Below, piece after piece: positions 10,112 to 20,821 of a DNA stretch of 64,000 bases. This stretch comes from Candidatus Hydrogenedentota bacterium (GTDB lineage Bacteria; Hydrogenedentota; Hydrogenedentia; Hydrogenedentales; SLHB01). Made by a program: the position numbers and the translations under genes. The stretch is taken from contig BTVY01000003.1 of the NCBI GenBank assembly GCA_045863335.1, positions 32,001-96,000 on the forward strand. The letters are read 5' to 3'. Under the pieces are notes generated by a model that ran no database searches, had not been told where the DNA came from, and worked only from the letters and a program-made list of their open reading frames with translations. Numbering within the stretch: position 1 is the stretch's first letter; the number at the start of each line of letters is the position of its first letter.

Positions 10112-10996
10112 ATGAGAAAGTCCACTCAAACGGTACGCGCCGAATCGCGTGTTCCTCACCATTCAGGGGGTAACGAGAGCGCCGCCTTCACGCTTATCGA
10201 ACTTCTTGTCGTCATCGCCATTATCGGCATTCTCGCCGCGTTGCTCTTGCCCGCGTTGAGCCGGGCCCGCATGAAGGCCCGTTCCATGCAGTGTGTGAAC
10301 AATCTTCGCCAATTGTATCTCGCCAACACCATGTACGCGAACGAGAACAACGGCCGCTATTGTCCGGCGGCGCCGGATATCAACGAAGGATTCGGGGGGA
10401 CGATTCGCTGGCACGGCGTTCGCGAGACCGCCAGCCCGGATTCCGACTTCGACCCGAAGAAAGGGCCGCTGGCGGAGTATCTGCCGGATGGACGCGTGAA
10501 GGAATGTCCCGTGTTCACGGAGTTCCGGAAGCAGGGCGAAGTGCCGAATGCTTTTGAGTCGGGCACCGGCGGCTACGGGTACAACGCCTCGTACATCGGC
10601 GGCACATACTATGAAAACGATTATCTCACGGCGCCCAAAAAGACCACGCCGGACGTGCGCGTCTTCGACCCGGCCAACACGATCATGTTTGCGGACGCGG
10701 CCATGCCGCAGGATGGGTACATCGTCGAGTATGGGTTTCTGGAACCACCGTATTTCGTTACCAACGACGCGCCCGCCGGAAACCCCGCGTGGGGCTTCGC
10801 CTCGCCCAGCATCCATTTCCGGCACGAGTTTCGCGCGAATGTGGTCTGGTGCGATGGGCACGTGACCAGCGAACGTTTTGGTTGGGCGCCGGACTCGCCG
10901 AACATCTTCGGTGGCGAGAATCAGCGCTGGGGTGTGGGCTGGTTCGGCCCCAAAGACAATTCGCTCTTTGATTGCCGGTTTACCGGACAGCTTTAG
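10112..10996 (+). CDS. Prepilin-type N-terminal cleavage/methylation protein (DUF1559-like, H-X9-DG C-terminus)
   Basis: [32 protein letters not shown]; C-terminal [14 protein letters not shown]. Confidence 0.9.
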   Translation: MRKSTQTVRAESRVPHHSGGNESAAFTLIELLVVIAIIGILAALLLPALSRARMKARSMQCVNNLRQLYLANTMYANENNGRYCPAAPDINEGFGGTIRWHGVRETASPDSDFDPKKGPLAEYLPDGRVKECPVFTEFRKQGEVPNAFESGTGGYGYNASYIGGTYYENDYLTAPKKTTPDVRVFDPANTIMFADAAMPQDGYIVEYGFLEPPYFVTNDAPAGNPAWGFASPSIHFRHEFRANVVWCDGHVTSERFGWAPDSPNIFGGENQRWGVGWFGPKDNSLFDCRFTGQL

Positions 10997-11021
10997 GGCG
11001 CGGCACCAAGCTCCAGAGCGT

Positions 11022-11807
11022 TTACTCCTCCGTACCGTTCGTCTTCGTTTCCGTTATCAGGACCCGTGCGTTCAGCGGAATCAACTCATAGACTTCGATC
11101 ACGTCGTCGTTGCGCAGGCGAACGCAGCCGTGCGACGACGGCGTGCCGATTCTCTCTTCGTCGTTTGTCCCGTGGATGTAGATGTAGCGGTTGTAAGAGT
11201 CCACGTTGCCGCCCTGGTTCACGCCGGGCTCCTCGCCTGTGAGCCAGAGCAATCGCGTGAGCACGAGATCCTCTTCAGTTTCGTCTCCCGGCTTCCACAC
11301 GCGATTGATGGGTTGTGCCCCTTTGAACACCTGCCCCCACGGCGCGTCGTCGCCAATCTTGCGTTTGACGCTGTGCCAGCCGAGGGGGGTCTGCATGCTG
11401 TTCATGATGAACCCGGTGCCTTTTTCCGCCGTCGCGCATTGCGCTTCCCAGAGGACCTTGCGGCTCTCGACGATTCGGAACATCTGTTCCTCGACGGAAA
11501 CCCAGACGGCCAGACTGTCGCCGACCCATTCATCCCAATAGTGCGCGTCCAGGATAGCCGATTCCTCGGCGGACAAGTCTCGCGGCTCCGAAGTCGTCGT
11601 TTGCTCAATCACTGCGGTTTGCTCCCGTTGGCCGCTCAGCTCCGTTGCGTTCGGGGCCTGTGGTTCTGCGGCGGGTCCTTGAGCCTTGGCCATGACTACC
11701 ACGGCCAGGACAAACGAGATGAAATAGGAAGCCAACGAACATACTCCATGGTCGCTTTCAGGTTGGGATTTCGGCGCCATGGTACCACCCCGGCCCGCCA
11801 GATTCAT
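11022..11807 (-). CDS. L,D-transpeptidase (YkuD family)
   Basis: YIYIHGT..SHGCVRL catalytic motif; start uncertain. Confidence 0.9.
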   Translation of the reverse strand: MNLAGRGGTMAPKSQPESDHGVCSLASYFISFVLAVVVMAKAQGPAAEPQAPNATELSGQREQTAVIEQTTTSEPRDLSAEESAILDAHYWDEWVGDSLAVWVSVEEQMFRIVESRKVLWEAQCATAEKGTGFIMNSMQTPLGWHSVKRKIGDDAPWGQVFKGAQPINRVWKPGDETEEDLVLTRLLWLTGEEPGVNQGGNVDSYNRYIYIHGTNDEERIGTPSSHGCVRLRNDDVIEVYELIPLNARVLITETKTNGTEE

Positions 11808-11921
11808 CCATTAGCGCGCTCCGTTCTGTCCATGTATTGGCGGTGGAGACCCGGGAATGGGTACGATATGGGTTCTTCCGGACTCGGGAGCTGCAAAGAA
11901 CTTACAGGTGGGAGCGGAGAG

Positions 11922-12956
11922 ATGGTACGATCGTTGGTGGTTGCTTTTGGGGTACTGTATGCGTGGGGCACGATGGCACATGCCACGCCAATCGAGGATC
12001 TGGTGAAGGCGTCAACCGCCTTTCTGGATGCGCTGGACGCCGATCAACGGTCCGCTGCGGTGTTTCCGTTCAACGACGAGGAACGGCTGAACTGGCACTT
12101 TGTTCCGAAAGAGCGCGCCGGGGTCGCATTCAAGTCGATGAGCCCGGAACAGAAGGAACTCGCATTGGACGTGTTGCGAGCCGCGCTCAGCGCGGAGGGC
12201 TATGATAAAGTGGAAACGATCCGCAGCCTCGAAACGGTCCTGCGCGAGATTGAAGGCCGTGACTACCGGGATACGGAACTCTTTTACTTCACATTCTTCG
12301 GAGCCCCCGCCGTGGACGGAGTGTGGGGGTTGCGATACGAAGGACACCACATTTCGCTGAATTGGACTGCCGTTGACGGTGCGATTATAGCGGCAGTTCC
12401 ACAATTTCTCGGAGCGAATCCCGCTGAGGTGCTGAGTGGTCCGATGCAGGGCACGCGCGCCTTGGCGGCCGAGGAAGATCTCGCGCGAACGCTCGTGCAA
12501 TCCCTGAACGAAGAACAGCGCGCCGAGTGTATTCTTCACGAGGCTGCGCCGCCGGACATTGTTACCGGCGCTGCACGTGTCGCGGAAATTCAGGAGCATC
12601 GCGGCCTCGCGTACAGCGCATTGAATGAGGACCAGCAGGGCATTCTCCTCAGCCTGCTTCAGGTGTTCGCCGATTGCCAGCGTCCGGAGTTGGCACAGGA
12701 ACGTATCCAGAAGGTCCGCGATGCGGGGCTGGAATCGGTGAAGTTTGGTTGGATGGGGGGCACGGAAAAAGGGGAGAAGTATTATTACCGCATCCAGGGT
12801 CCGACTTTCATTGTCGAATACGACAACACGCAGAACGACGCCAATCATATTCACACGGTCTGGCGCGATTTCGAGGGGGATTTCGGCCGGGACGTTCTGA
12901 AGGAACACTACGAAAAGCACGCGGACCCTGCGAATTCCGGAGAGCACGAGCATTAG
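11922..12956 (+). CDS. DUF3500 family secreted protein
   Basis: Signal peptide; WHFVP, EGHHISLN, YYRIQGP and EYDNTQNDANHIHTVWRD motifs; RBS before ATG 11922. Confidence 0.85.
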   Translation: MVRSLVVAFGVLYAWGTMAHATPIEDLVKASTAFLDALDADQRSAAVFPFNDEERLNWHFVPKERAGVAFKSMSPEQKELALDVLRAALSAEGYDKVETIRSLETVLREIEGRDYRDTELFYFTFFGAPAVDGVWGLRYEGHHISLNWTAVDGAIIAAVPQFLGANPAEVLSGPMQGTRALAAEEDLARTLVQSLNEEQRAECILHEAAPPDIVTGAARVAEIQEHRGLAYSALNEDQQGILLSLLQVFADCQRPELAQERIQKVRDAGLESVKFGWMGGTEKGEKYYYRIQGPTFIVEYDNTQNDANHIHTVWRDFEGDFGRDVLKEHYEKHADPANSGEHEH

Positions 12957-13035
12957 TACCGGGCCCGAAAGCATTCAAACGATTCCATCGCGAAAGCGAT
13001 GGTGGTCGATTGGCTTCTGGTGTATCGGTATCGGC

Positions 13036-13896
13036 GTGTACATCGGCTGCATTTCCCTTATCGGTTGGGAACGGCTGCGGGACGCGATGACGGGCGTCAG
13101 TATTCCGTGGCTGGTCTTAATGACGCTCGTCACCTTCGCAGGGCTCTGGATTCGCGTGGTGAAGTGGCGGCTCGTGCTCGGGAAGGGGTCTAACGCGATC
13201 GGCGTGTTCTTCCTTTCCAAAGCGGCGGGGGAATGGTCGCCCGGCCGCATAGGCGAACTCTCGCCGCTCCTGATCAAGAGACACCGGAACGCGCGTATGG
13301 CTGCTTGGATTGTGGTGGATCGCATTTTGGAGATGGCGGTCACGGTCGGGATCGGTGTCTTGGGATTGGCCGCCGTGCAGGCGCCCAACCGGGGTGTGAT
13401 GATCGTCCTGGCGATCCTCATTGGGATCGCTCTGCTTCTGGCACTATACCTGCTGACGCGCGAACGGCTGTTTCTCGCGATTGCGGGCAGGTTTCCAAGC
13501 GGGCCGTTACACCGTGTCACCGTAGCTGCGGCTCGCGTGAGCAGTGCTACCGCGGCGATGCGCAAAGAGTTGGTTCTGCCTTTGGCGATTACCATTGGCG
13601 CCGGCTGTCTTGACGTTTGGGCCGGCATGCTCTTGTACCAGGCCTTCGGATGGCCGGTGCCGTTTGCGCTGATGGCAACGGCTAAGGGCGTTCATGCGGT
13701 GACGAGCGCGATTCCTATCACCCCCAATGCGACGGGCGTTCCGTACCTGACAACCGCCGTGCTGATTCATGAGGTGGGCGGCGTACCTTCCGGCGTGCTT
13801 GCGGCGGGGATTGCATTGAGCGTGGTCGTCACGAATCTGATCTTCTGGTTGTCTCTTGCGGCGGGCGCCGCGGATTTGCGGAAAAAAACGGCATAG
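13036..13896 (+). CDS. Lysylphosphatidylglycerol synthase TM / flippase-like membrane protein (true start probably near 12946-12952)
   Basis: Multi-TM; PGRIGE, DRILE and IPITPNATG motifs. Confidence 0.75.
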   Translation: MYIGCISLIGWERLRDAMTGVSIPWLVLMTLVTFAGLWIRVVKWRLVLGKGSNAIGVFFLSKAAGEWSPGRIGELSPLLIKRHRNARMAAWIVVDRILEMAVTVGIGVLGLAAVQAPNRGVMIVLAILIGIALLLALYLLTRERLFLAIAGRFPSGPLHRVTVAAARVSSATAAMRKELVLPLAITIGAGCLDVWAGMLLYQAFGWPVPFALMATAKGVHAVTSAIPITPNATGVPYLTTAVLIHEVGGVPSGVLAAGIALSVVVTNLIFWLSLAAGAADLRKKTA

Positions 13897-14007
13897 CGAA
13901 CAGACCGTAAACCAGGCCGCGCTCATGGTAGTAAAGAGAGCGGTGGGAATGAACGGATTCGGCCGCATGTTCCCTGCTTGCGCGTAAATGAAGGAGCGTC
14001 CTGTCGC

Positions 14008-14943
14008 ATGCGCAGATTTCGATCGACAACCCTGGCTGCGTGTGTTTTTGCCGTGCTTCTTGCGTTCACCGGCTGCCCATGGTCCGACGATACCCGTGGT
14101 GCGACCATCACCGTCGACGGTCAAATCCGGTCGTACTTCATTCACGTTCCTCCCGGGTACGACGGGAAGACTCCGGTGCCCCTGGTTTTCGTACTGCACC
14201 CCTTCGCTTCCACGGGGAAAGGCATTGCTTCGACAACGAAGTTCAGTGCGTTGGCGGACGACGAAGGATTTATCGTTGTATACCCCAACGGCCGCACATT
14301 TCTATGGAACGGCGATCCCACCGACGAACCCAACGGCCCTCCCGAGAAGCGGGACGACGTTGCGTTCATTGATGCGTTGCTCGACGAATTAGTGGTCAAG
14401 TACGCCATCGATTCAGAACGGGTTTATGTGACGGGCGCATCGAATGGCGCACTCATGGCCCAGCGGGTAGCCTGCGAATTGACAGATCGATTTGCAGCCG
14501 CGGCGTCAGTGATGATCACGCTTCCCGTGGGATGGGCGCAGTATTGCCAGCCGTCCGGGCCGATTCCCATGCTATTGATACAAGGCGTAGACGATCCTTT
14601 CTTCCCCTGGGAAGGCGGCACGGTTCAGGAAGGCCCGCTTATGGAAAGCGAGTACGACAGCGCGGCTGACATGGTCGCGTTTTGGGTCGCCAACAACAAC
14701 GCCGCCAGTCCACTCAGTATCGAAGATCTACCGGATACCGATCCGAACGATGGCACGACGGTGTATCGCGAAATGTACTCCGCCGGAATAGATGGCGCCG
14801 AGGTGATATTCTATGGCATCGATGGCGGGGGGCATGCGTGGCCGGGAAGCACCCCGAGCCTGGAATGGCTGGTCGGAACCACGAGTCAGGACATCGATGC
14901 CACGCGGGTGATCTGGGACTTCTTTAAGCAGCACTCGCTGTGA
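14008..14943 (+). CDS. PHB-depolymerase/LpqC-family esterase, lipoprotein
   Basis: Lipobox LAFTGC, GASNG nucleophile elbow, GGGHAWPG. Confidence 0.85.
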   Translation: MRRFRSTTLAACVFAVLLAFTGCPWSDDTRGATITVDGQIRSYFIHVPPGYDGKTPVPLVFVLHPFASTGKGIASTTKFSALADDEGFIVVYPNGRTFLWNGDPTDEPNGPPEKRDDVAFIDALLDELVVKYAIDSERVYVTGASNGALMAQRVACELTDRFAAAASVMITLPVGWAQYCQPSGPIPMLLIQGVDDPFFPWEGGTVQEGPLMESEYDSAADMVAFWVANNNAASPLSIEDLPDTDPNDGTTVYREMYSAGIDGAEVIFYGIDGGGHAWPGSTPSLEWLVGTTSQDIDATRVIWDFFKQHSL

Positions 14944-14949
14944 GGTTTT

Positions 14950-15585
14950 TCACCGCTTCCAGGCGAGGGTGACGCCATCGCGCACGGTCAGCATGACGGC
15001 TTCCACTCGCGGATCGGCGACGACGTGCTTGTTGAATGCGTCTACCGCGTGGTCGGACCGCTTCTCGGGCTTCAGTACCCGCCCGCTCCACAAGACATTG
15101 TCAGCGACGATGAGGCCGCCTTGTCTGACCTTGGGCAGCACGGCCTCCCAGTAGTGGATGTAGTTCTCCTTGTCCGCGTCGATGAAGACCATGTCGATGG
15201 GTCCCGTAAGTCCCTCGATGGTCTCCAGCGCGGGCCCGAGGCGTAGTTCGATCTTGCTGCCGTGGGGACTTTGGTTCCAGTGGGTTTGTGCGATGGCGGT
15301 CGCCTCCGGGTCCACGTCGCAGGTGATGAGCTTGCCGTCGGCGGCCATACCTTCCGCCATGCACAATGCGCTGTAGCCGGTGAATGTCCCAATTTCGACA
15401 ACCGACTTGGCATTGAGCATGCGCGTGAGAAGACGCAGGAACCCGCCTTCCACCTTTCCGACCTGCATGCGGTGGTGTTCCATATTCTCTTGCGTGACTC
15501 GCTTGAGATCGTGAAACAAGTCCGCCGGATCAGTCGTATGATGTTCCGCGTAGGCTTCAATATCTTCCGGTACGATGTGACTCAT
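14950..15585 (-). CDS. SAM-dependent O-methyltransferase (caffeoyl-CoA OMT family)
   Basis: EIGTFTGYS, FIDADK and DNVLWSG motifs. Confidence 0.92.
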   Translation of the reverse strand: MSHIVPEDIEAYAEHHTTDPADLFHDLKRVTQENMEHHRMQVGKVEGGFLRLLTRMLNAKSVVEIGTFTGYSALCMAEGMAADGKLITCDVDPEATAIAQTHWNQSPHGSKIELRLGPALETIEGLTGPIDMVFIDADKENYIHYWEAVLPKVRQGGLIVADNVLWSGRVLKPEKRSDHAVDAFNKHVVADPRVEAVMLTVRDGVTLAWKR

Positions 15586-15612
15586 ATGGACTCCTAAGGT
15601 CAGCGGATCGAT

Positions 15613-18123
15613 TCAATCGGTGTCGTCTGTGAGCTTCCACAAGAATTTGCGGGGCTCGCCGTGTCCGCTCATGGGCACGGTGAAGGTGATGTCGTAGGTA
15701 TTGGTTTCCGGCCGGTACTCCGTTTGCCACCAATCGTTCCCGGCGTGTGATGACTGATCCATAGGTAGACTCTCGCCATCTCTCTGTTCGACCAACGCAA
15801 ACGGTCCACGCGATGCGGCGCCAACAATTGTAATGGGGACCATGCCGGTTCCATTGAACACCGTGAACTCGGCGGTTCGCCCGCCTTTCGCGGCCTGTAC
15901 GACGACGGGGAGCTGCTGGAGAACCTTGCCTTGCTGCGCGCATACCTTAACATTGTTTAGCGTAGTCTCCCGGTGGACGATATGCCAACTATCCGGAGCG
16001 CGTTCGAGGAACTCTCGTAGCGGCTCGTTGGGGCCGTAGTAGTCGTCCGCGCGTTGGGGGAGGATCAACATTTCGACTTTTGCTTGGACCTGGTCGCCTG
16101 CCTGCAGGACTGATATGCCAGGCGGAGGCGAAAGCTCAACGATGGCGCTGGACACGTTCCCGTCCTCTGTCCCAAACACCGAGAAGTGGGGGGTGTCGAT
16201 CTGTTGGCCGCCGAGTACCGCCTTCCAGTCGCGTACAATCAATCCCCGGTTGGCCCAGGCGCCTTGATCGTCCTCCTTGACGTAAGGCGGCGGATTCTTC
16301 GTGGCCCCGGTCAAGGCGATCCAGGGGTGCTCGCCCTCAAGCGGCACGCCGCGCCTGCTGTAGTTCCACCCGCCGGTCTCGGGTTCCCACGCGTTCTCTT
16401 CACCATCGATATTGCCGATGGTGATTCTGGAAAACAGATTGTGATTGTAGTGGTCCGCGCCCAACTGGAAGAAGGCGAGCCGCTCGATGTTCTCTACCGG
16501 CGCGACTACCTCGTAGCGAATGGTGTATAAGGCGCGAACGTAGTCGTCGCTGCGCCAACTCTGCGTGCGGATGACCGACTGAATCGCGCCGTCCGGCGTC
16601 TGGCCCGCATACGTTACATCCGTCAGCACCGGGCCGTACCGCTCGTACAAGGTCTTCTGGCGCGACAGAAACTGACGCTGTCCGTCTTTGAACAGCACGA
16701 GGAAATCGCCGCCCCCGACGTTGTGCGTCCAACTCCATTGCTTCTTCGGGATTGGTCCCATGCCCCAGACCATCAGGGGACGCATGTCGTCAATCATTCC
16801 ACGGTTCAGATTCACGTCTGGGTCATAGCAGATACTTTCGCCGAAGGAGCCGATGGCCATTTGGTCCCATAGCTGGTTGGTGCCCCAGCCTTCCAGGGAA
16901 AGTTGCGCGTGGGAGATGGCGAGCGCGTTACCCCAGTTTGCGTAGGCAAGATCGAATTCCAGCGTTTGCCCGGCGCCGGGTTCCAGATCGAGCATCGTGA
17001 TGCCCGTAAACCACGGCGGGCGCACGTGCCAGTTCTTGGAGATCTGCGCGGGGAGACCCAGCGGCAACCCGTGCTCGTCACGCAGCACCGGACACATGCC
17101 AGTGATGCCGAAGGAGCCGCCCTCCTTGGCAAAGCAAAGACGCATGGTGCGCGTTAAATCGCCTTGGTTAGTCAAGGCGAGCCGCACGCGTTCCATCGTG
17201 TTGATGTCTGGGTTCTCGCCGAGCACGACGCGGTGCCAGCCAATGACGGGATCGTATTCGACAACTAAGGGACCGGAGTAAGGCGCAACGCCTGTGGCTT
17301 CGAGTCCTGGCGCTTCCATATAGGCGCGCGTCTGTTGCGCCTCGCGTAATCCTGCGGCCAGAACATCGTCCGCTTCCGGCAACAGCGCGATCGCAACCAT
17401 AGAAGAGCTGGTTGCGCGAACCTGTACCCAACCATCGACGCGCTCCAATGTTTGCGTCGCCGGCAACGGATTGATGAACGCGAGCCCCTCGCCATTTGCG
17501 CCTTCGGAAATGAGGAGATCGCGATGCTCGCCTTCCTTCGTGTCCGTATAGCCTGTCGGGAAGCGAAACCGAATCGACAGGTCATGACCTGGGCTCTCTT
17601 CCGCGCCTGCAACGCGCAACGCCACGGAGACGCGATCCGGCCAGGCGAAGATCTCCAGCCGGGCTTCTACGCCGTCCGGTGTGGACCCGTCTGCAGCGCG
17701 TAGCTCCAGGCGGCGAATCTCCACATGCTGCAGAAAACGTCCAAGCCGCTGGATGACGACGGCGTCGGGTGTGGGAGCGCCGCGCGCGACGGTGTACGTC
17801 ACACCGTCGATTATCATCGCCGACACCATGTCAAATTTCGGCAACGCCGTAAGCAGTTTGTTTCCCTGGCGGACGGCCTCGCTTGCGGGGAGTACGTCGT
17901 GGATCGGTCCCAATCGGTCGATCGTACCTTTGGTGGTATCGAGTGCCAGCGCGTATCGATTGGTTTGAATGGCGAAGACGCGGTCGCCCGTTGCATCGGT
18001 GCCCCGCCAACCGAAGGGGTAATAGCCGAAGGTGTAATCCCCCGCGTGTGCCAGCAGGGTCGGGTTGGCATGCACCGAGGCGATGCCGAGCAGTAGGACG
18101 GCAAGGTAGTGGAAAGACTTCAC
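15613..18123 (-). CDS. Large secreted hypothetical protein
   Basis: 836-aa ORF with signal peptide; no recognised motif. Confidence 0.7.
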   Translation of the reverse strand: MKSFHYLAVLLLGIASVHANPTLLAHAGDYTFGYYPFGWRGTDATGDRVFAIQTNRYALALDTTKGTIDRLGPIHDVLPASEAVRQGNKLLTALPKFDMVSAMIIDGVTYTVARGAPTPDAVVIQRLGRFLQHVEIRRLELRAADGSTPDGVEARLEIFAWPDRVSVALRVAGAEESPGHDLSIRFRFPTGYTDTKEGEHRDLLISEGANGEGLAFINPLPATQTLERVDGWVQVRATSSSMVAIALLPEADDVLAAGLREAQQTRAYMEAPGLEATGVAPYSGPLVVEYDPVIGWHRVVLGENPDINTMERVRLALTNQGDLTRTMRLCFAKEGGSFGITGMCPVLRDEHGLPLGLPAQISKNWHVRPPWFTGITMLDLEPGAGQTLEFDLAYANWGNALAISHAQLSLEGWGTNQLWDQMAIGSFGESICYDPDVNLNRGMIDDMRPLMVWGMGPIPKKQWSWTHNVGGGDFLVLFKDGQRQFLSRQKTLYERYGPVLTDVTYAGQTPDGAIQSVIRTQSWRSDDYVRALYTIRYEVVAPVENIERLAFFQLGADHYNHNLFSRITIGNIDGEENAWEPETGGWNYSRRGVPLEGEHPWIALTGATKNPPPYVKEDDQGAWANRGLIVRDWKAVLGGQQIDTPHFSVFGTEDGNVSSAIVELSPPPGISVLQAGDQVQAKVEMLILPQRADDYYGPNEPLREFLERAPDSWHIVHRETTLNNVKVCAQQGKVLQQLPVVVQAAKGGRTAEFTVFNGTGMVPITIVGAASRGPFALVEQRDGESLPMDQSSHAGNDWWQTEYRPETNTYDITFTVPMSGHGEPRKFLWKLTDDTD

Positions 18124-18282
18124 GGGTTAGAATCCTCTATCGGGCATCCATCCCGCCCATGCGTGCGTATTATGATGCGCTTGCGCATTTCACCCCGGTA
18201 TTCTGGGCGCCGCTGACGCTTCGGCCTAGCACGGGCAAGGGGGACTGGGAACCGATTCTATACAGCCCACACCGCCAAGGCA

Positions 18283-20793
18283 ATGCGCGCCGGTGCGACC
18301 GCGTCGCTTTGCGGCGACTTCGCGGTGCCGTATACTGCAGTTGTGCCGTTACCCGTTGCAAGAACATTGGGGGAAACTCCTGTGAAACATCACTGCACGT
18401 TTTCTGTGACCGCCCTTTGCATGGTGATTGCCTCCGTTCCGGTAATGCCCGAAGAGTGGAGGATCGTGTTTGACGGCGAGCACGCCGGGGATACGGCAAT
18501 CATGCTGGCCGTGAATGATTTGATACAGGACGGTGAACCGCTGGGTATCACGTTTTTGGTACATGGGCCGGACGATCCATCTACCGGCAATCGAATCGTA
18601 GTCGGGAGGGAGGAGGCCGAGAGGGCTGGCATCGGTATTGAATCGATGACCGATCCGCAGGGCTTCCAGATTCGCACGGAAACGATCGACGGTAATCGCA
18701 CCATTGCGATTGCGGGCGGCTCCATTGCTGGCGATGTTTATGGATTGTATTGGCTATGGGATCGGTTGCGGGTCTTCAAGGAGATTCCCGATCTGGACGT
18801 CGAGCGCGTTCCCGCGCTGGAGATTCGTTCCGGCGGCGGGCCGTCCAAACAGGACATGCGGAATGCCTTGCGCTATACCGTCAACTGGACCACCAGCGCC
18901 GATACCAACGCGCTTGTCCCCTATGACCTTGAACCGCTCGCAACCGAGAACGCGCAGACCCGCGCGGCGACGCAGGAACTCATCGAATACGCGCACGCAT
19001 TGCACATGAAGTTCTTCACGGTAGCCGACGAGTTTTCGTACTTGCCAACGGTTATGGCGGATATGGGCGCGTCACCCGACCCTTCGAATGATGCGCTCTG
19101 GACCATGTTACAGGACAAGTACCGCCGGCTTCTTGAATCCATGCCCGGTATTGATGGCATTCGAATTCGCACGGGAGAGCACACGCGTGTGGTGGAACCC
19201 TGGAAGCCGTACGACGTCATGCACGAACCGGAGGTGGAGGGCTGGCCGCTCGAACGCCGGTACCAGACTTTCCTGCAAAAACTCCACGAAGTGGTGGTGG
19301 GGGAGTTCGACAAGATCTACTACCACCGCACCTGGGTGACCGGCGCGACGGAACAGCACTCGAATGCGGACGTGTACCGCGCCATCTTCACGGACGCGGT
19401 GCCGGCCGAAAACCTGTACTTGTCGCCTTATCTGACCCGCGGCGATCGGTGGTTCTATCAGCCCATCAATCCGACTTTCAATCTGACCCCACACAAGATG
19501 CTGGTCCTTCTCGCGGCCATGAACTATCACGAGGATGGATCCGTGACCATCTTTCCGACCAATCCGGGGCTGTACTTCCATGAAGGATTCGAGAAGCTCT
19601 GGCGCGGTCACGAGAGCAACATCGTCGGATCCCAATTCGGTTCGGCGGCAGGCGACGGCTGGGATTCCAACGACCTGACCGTGTACACCGCGTTCCGCAT
19701 GTCGTGGGACCCCCTTGAAGATCCCCGCAGTATCGCCGAGGATTTTGCGTCCATCCACTTTGGACGCGACGTTGCCGAGACGATGGGGGAGGTGATCATG
19801 CTCTCCGGCGAGGCGTATAAGAACGGCCTCTACATCAAACCCGTCGCCGAGGCCGCCGAATGGAACACCTTGCCGCATCTCCGCCTCACCACCTTCCCTG
19901 TGCGTGGATTCCCGGACATCGACCGCGGGAAGGAACATGTCCAGTGGCTGTACGACACCATGTATCTTCCTTGCAAGGATCGGATTGCTGAAACCTTGGA
20001 GTACCTCGATGGAGGACTCGCGAGCGCGGAACGCATGCTCACGTTGGGCCAGGAAGCGCGTGCGGACTTTGACGATACCGAGGTAGCACAACGAGTGATA
20101 GAATCGCTCGATCTCACCCGGCTGCTGATTCAAACCAACAATCGCTACGTCCGAACCTGCTTCGCCTATTTCGAGTACCAGGAAGCGCGCAGCGACGCCG
20201 CTCGGGACCGTCTCGCATCGGAGTACGACGATCTGCAGTCGGTGGTCGAGACATTTCGTGCCGCGCCCGGCTTCGAGTACAAGCTCTACGGCATCGAACA
20301 ACTGCTTAAGAATGTGCGAGCGGCATTGGACGACCTTGAGGGAGCGGAGCTAACCCTGGAAAAGGCGCCCGACGCGGAAGGAGTGGCTAATGCCATCGCC
20401 GAGCAGCAGGCCGACAATCGCCGTCTGATCGAAACCTACTTGAACGACGCCGTGAAGATTCTCTATTGGAATGGCCGCGTGGACGGAAAGGACATCCTGA
20501 GCATCCGCGGAGACTCCGTATCGATTGAGCACGTCGCCGCCGATCCGATTCACGTAATTGAATCGCGGATCGAGTCGCCACTTCCTGCCAGGCCGGGAAC
20601 GATCTTTATCCGTGACATCCGTTCCGGAGAGATTCATCCCTTTGTGCTGGAGCACCCGAGCGCGGAGAACGACTTTACGGCGAAGATCTACATGTTCGAC
20701 CCCGGACCCGGATACACGCCGTGGGAGATGGAGGTCTACGTTATCGAGAATTCGCCCGAAACACTCGACGCGGCCCTGCCTTGGCAGCGATGA
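18283..20793 (+). CDS. Large secreted glycoside-hydrolase-like protein (GH67/GH115-like N-terminus)
   Basis: 836-aa ORF; GF.I....IAIAGG..GDVYGLY segment; start likely later (about 18382). Confidence 0.55.
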   Translation: MRAGATASLCGDFAVPYTAVVPLPVARTLGETPVKHHCTFSVTALCMVIASVPVMPEEWRIVFDGEHAGDTAIMLAVNDLIQDGEPLGITFLVHGPDDPSTGNRIVVGREEAERAGIGIESMTDPQGFQIRTETIDGNRTIAIAGGSIAGDVYGLYWLWDRLRVFKEIPDLDVERVPALEIRSGGGPSKQDMRNALRYTVNWTTSADTNALVPYDLEPLATENAQTRAATQELIEYAHALHMKFFTVADEFSYLPTVMADMGASPDPSNDALWTMLQDKYRRLLESMPGIDGIRIRTGEHTRVVEPWKPYDVMHEPEVEGWPLERRYQTFLQKLHEVVVGEFDKIYYHRTWVTGATEQHSNADVYRAIFTDAVPAENLYLSPYLTRGDRWFYQPINPTFNLTPHKMLVLLAAMNYHEDGSVTIFPTNPGLYFHEGFEKLWRGHESNIVGSQFGSAAGDGWDSNDLTVYTAFRMSWDPLEDPRSIAEDFASIHFGRDVAETMGEVIMLSGEAYKNGLYIKPVAEAAEWNTLPHLRLTTFPVRGFPDIDRGKEHVQWLYDTMYLPCKDRIAETLEYLDGGLASAERMLTLGQEARADFDDTEVAQRVIESLDLTRLLIQTNNRYVRTCFAYFEYQEARSDAARDRLASEYDDLQSVVETFRAAPGFEYKLYGIEQLLKNVRAALDDLEGAELTLEKAPDAEGVANAIAEQQADNRRLIETYLNDAVKILYWNGRVDGKDILSIRGDSVSIEHVAADPIHVIESRIESPLPARPGTIFIRDIRSGEIHPFVLEHPSAENDFTAKIYMFDPGPGYTPWEMEVYVIENSPETLDAALPWQR

Positions 20794-20821
20794 GGCGTAG
20801 CGAAATCATTCGTTTGAGCGG

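Noticed and set aside
10878-11921. 692-aa ORF apparently extending the DUF3500 gene upstream
   Set aside because: The extension is antisense shadow of the L,D-transpeptidase; the signal peptide and RBS place the start at 11922
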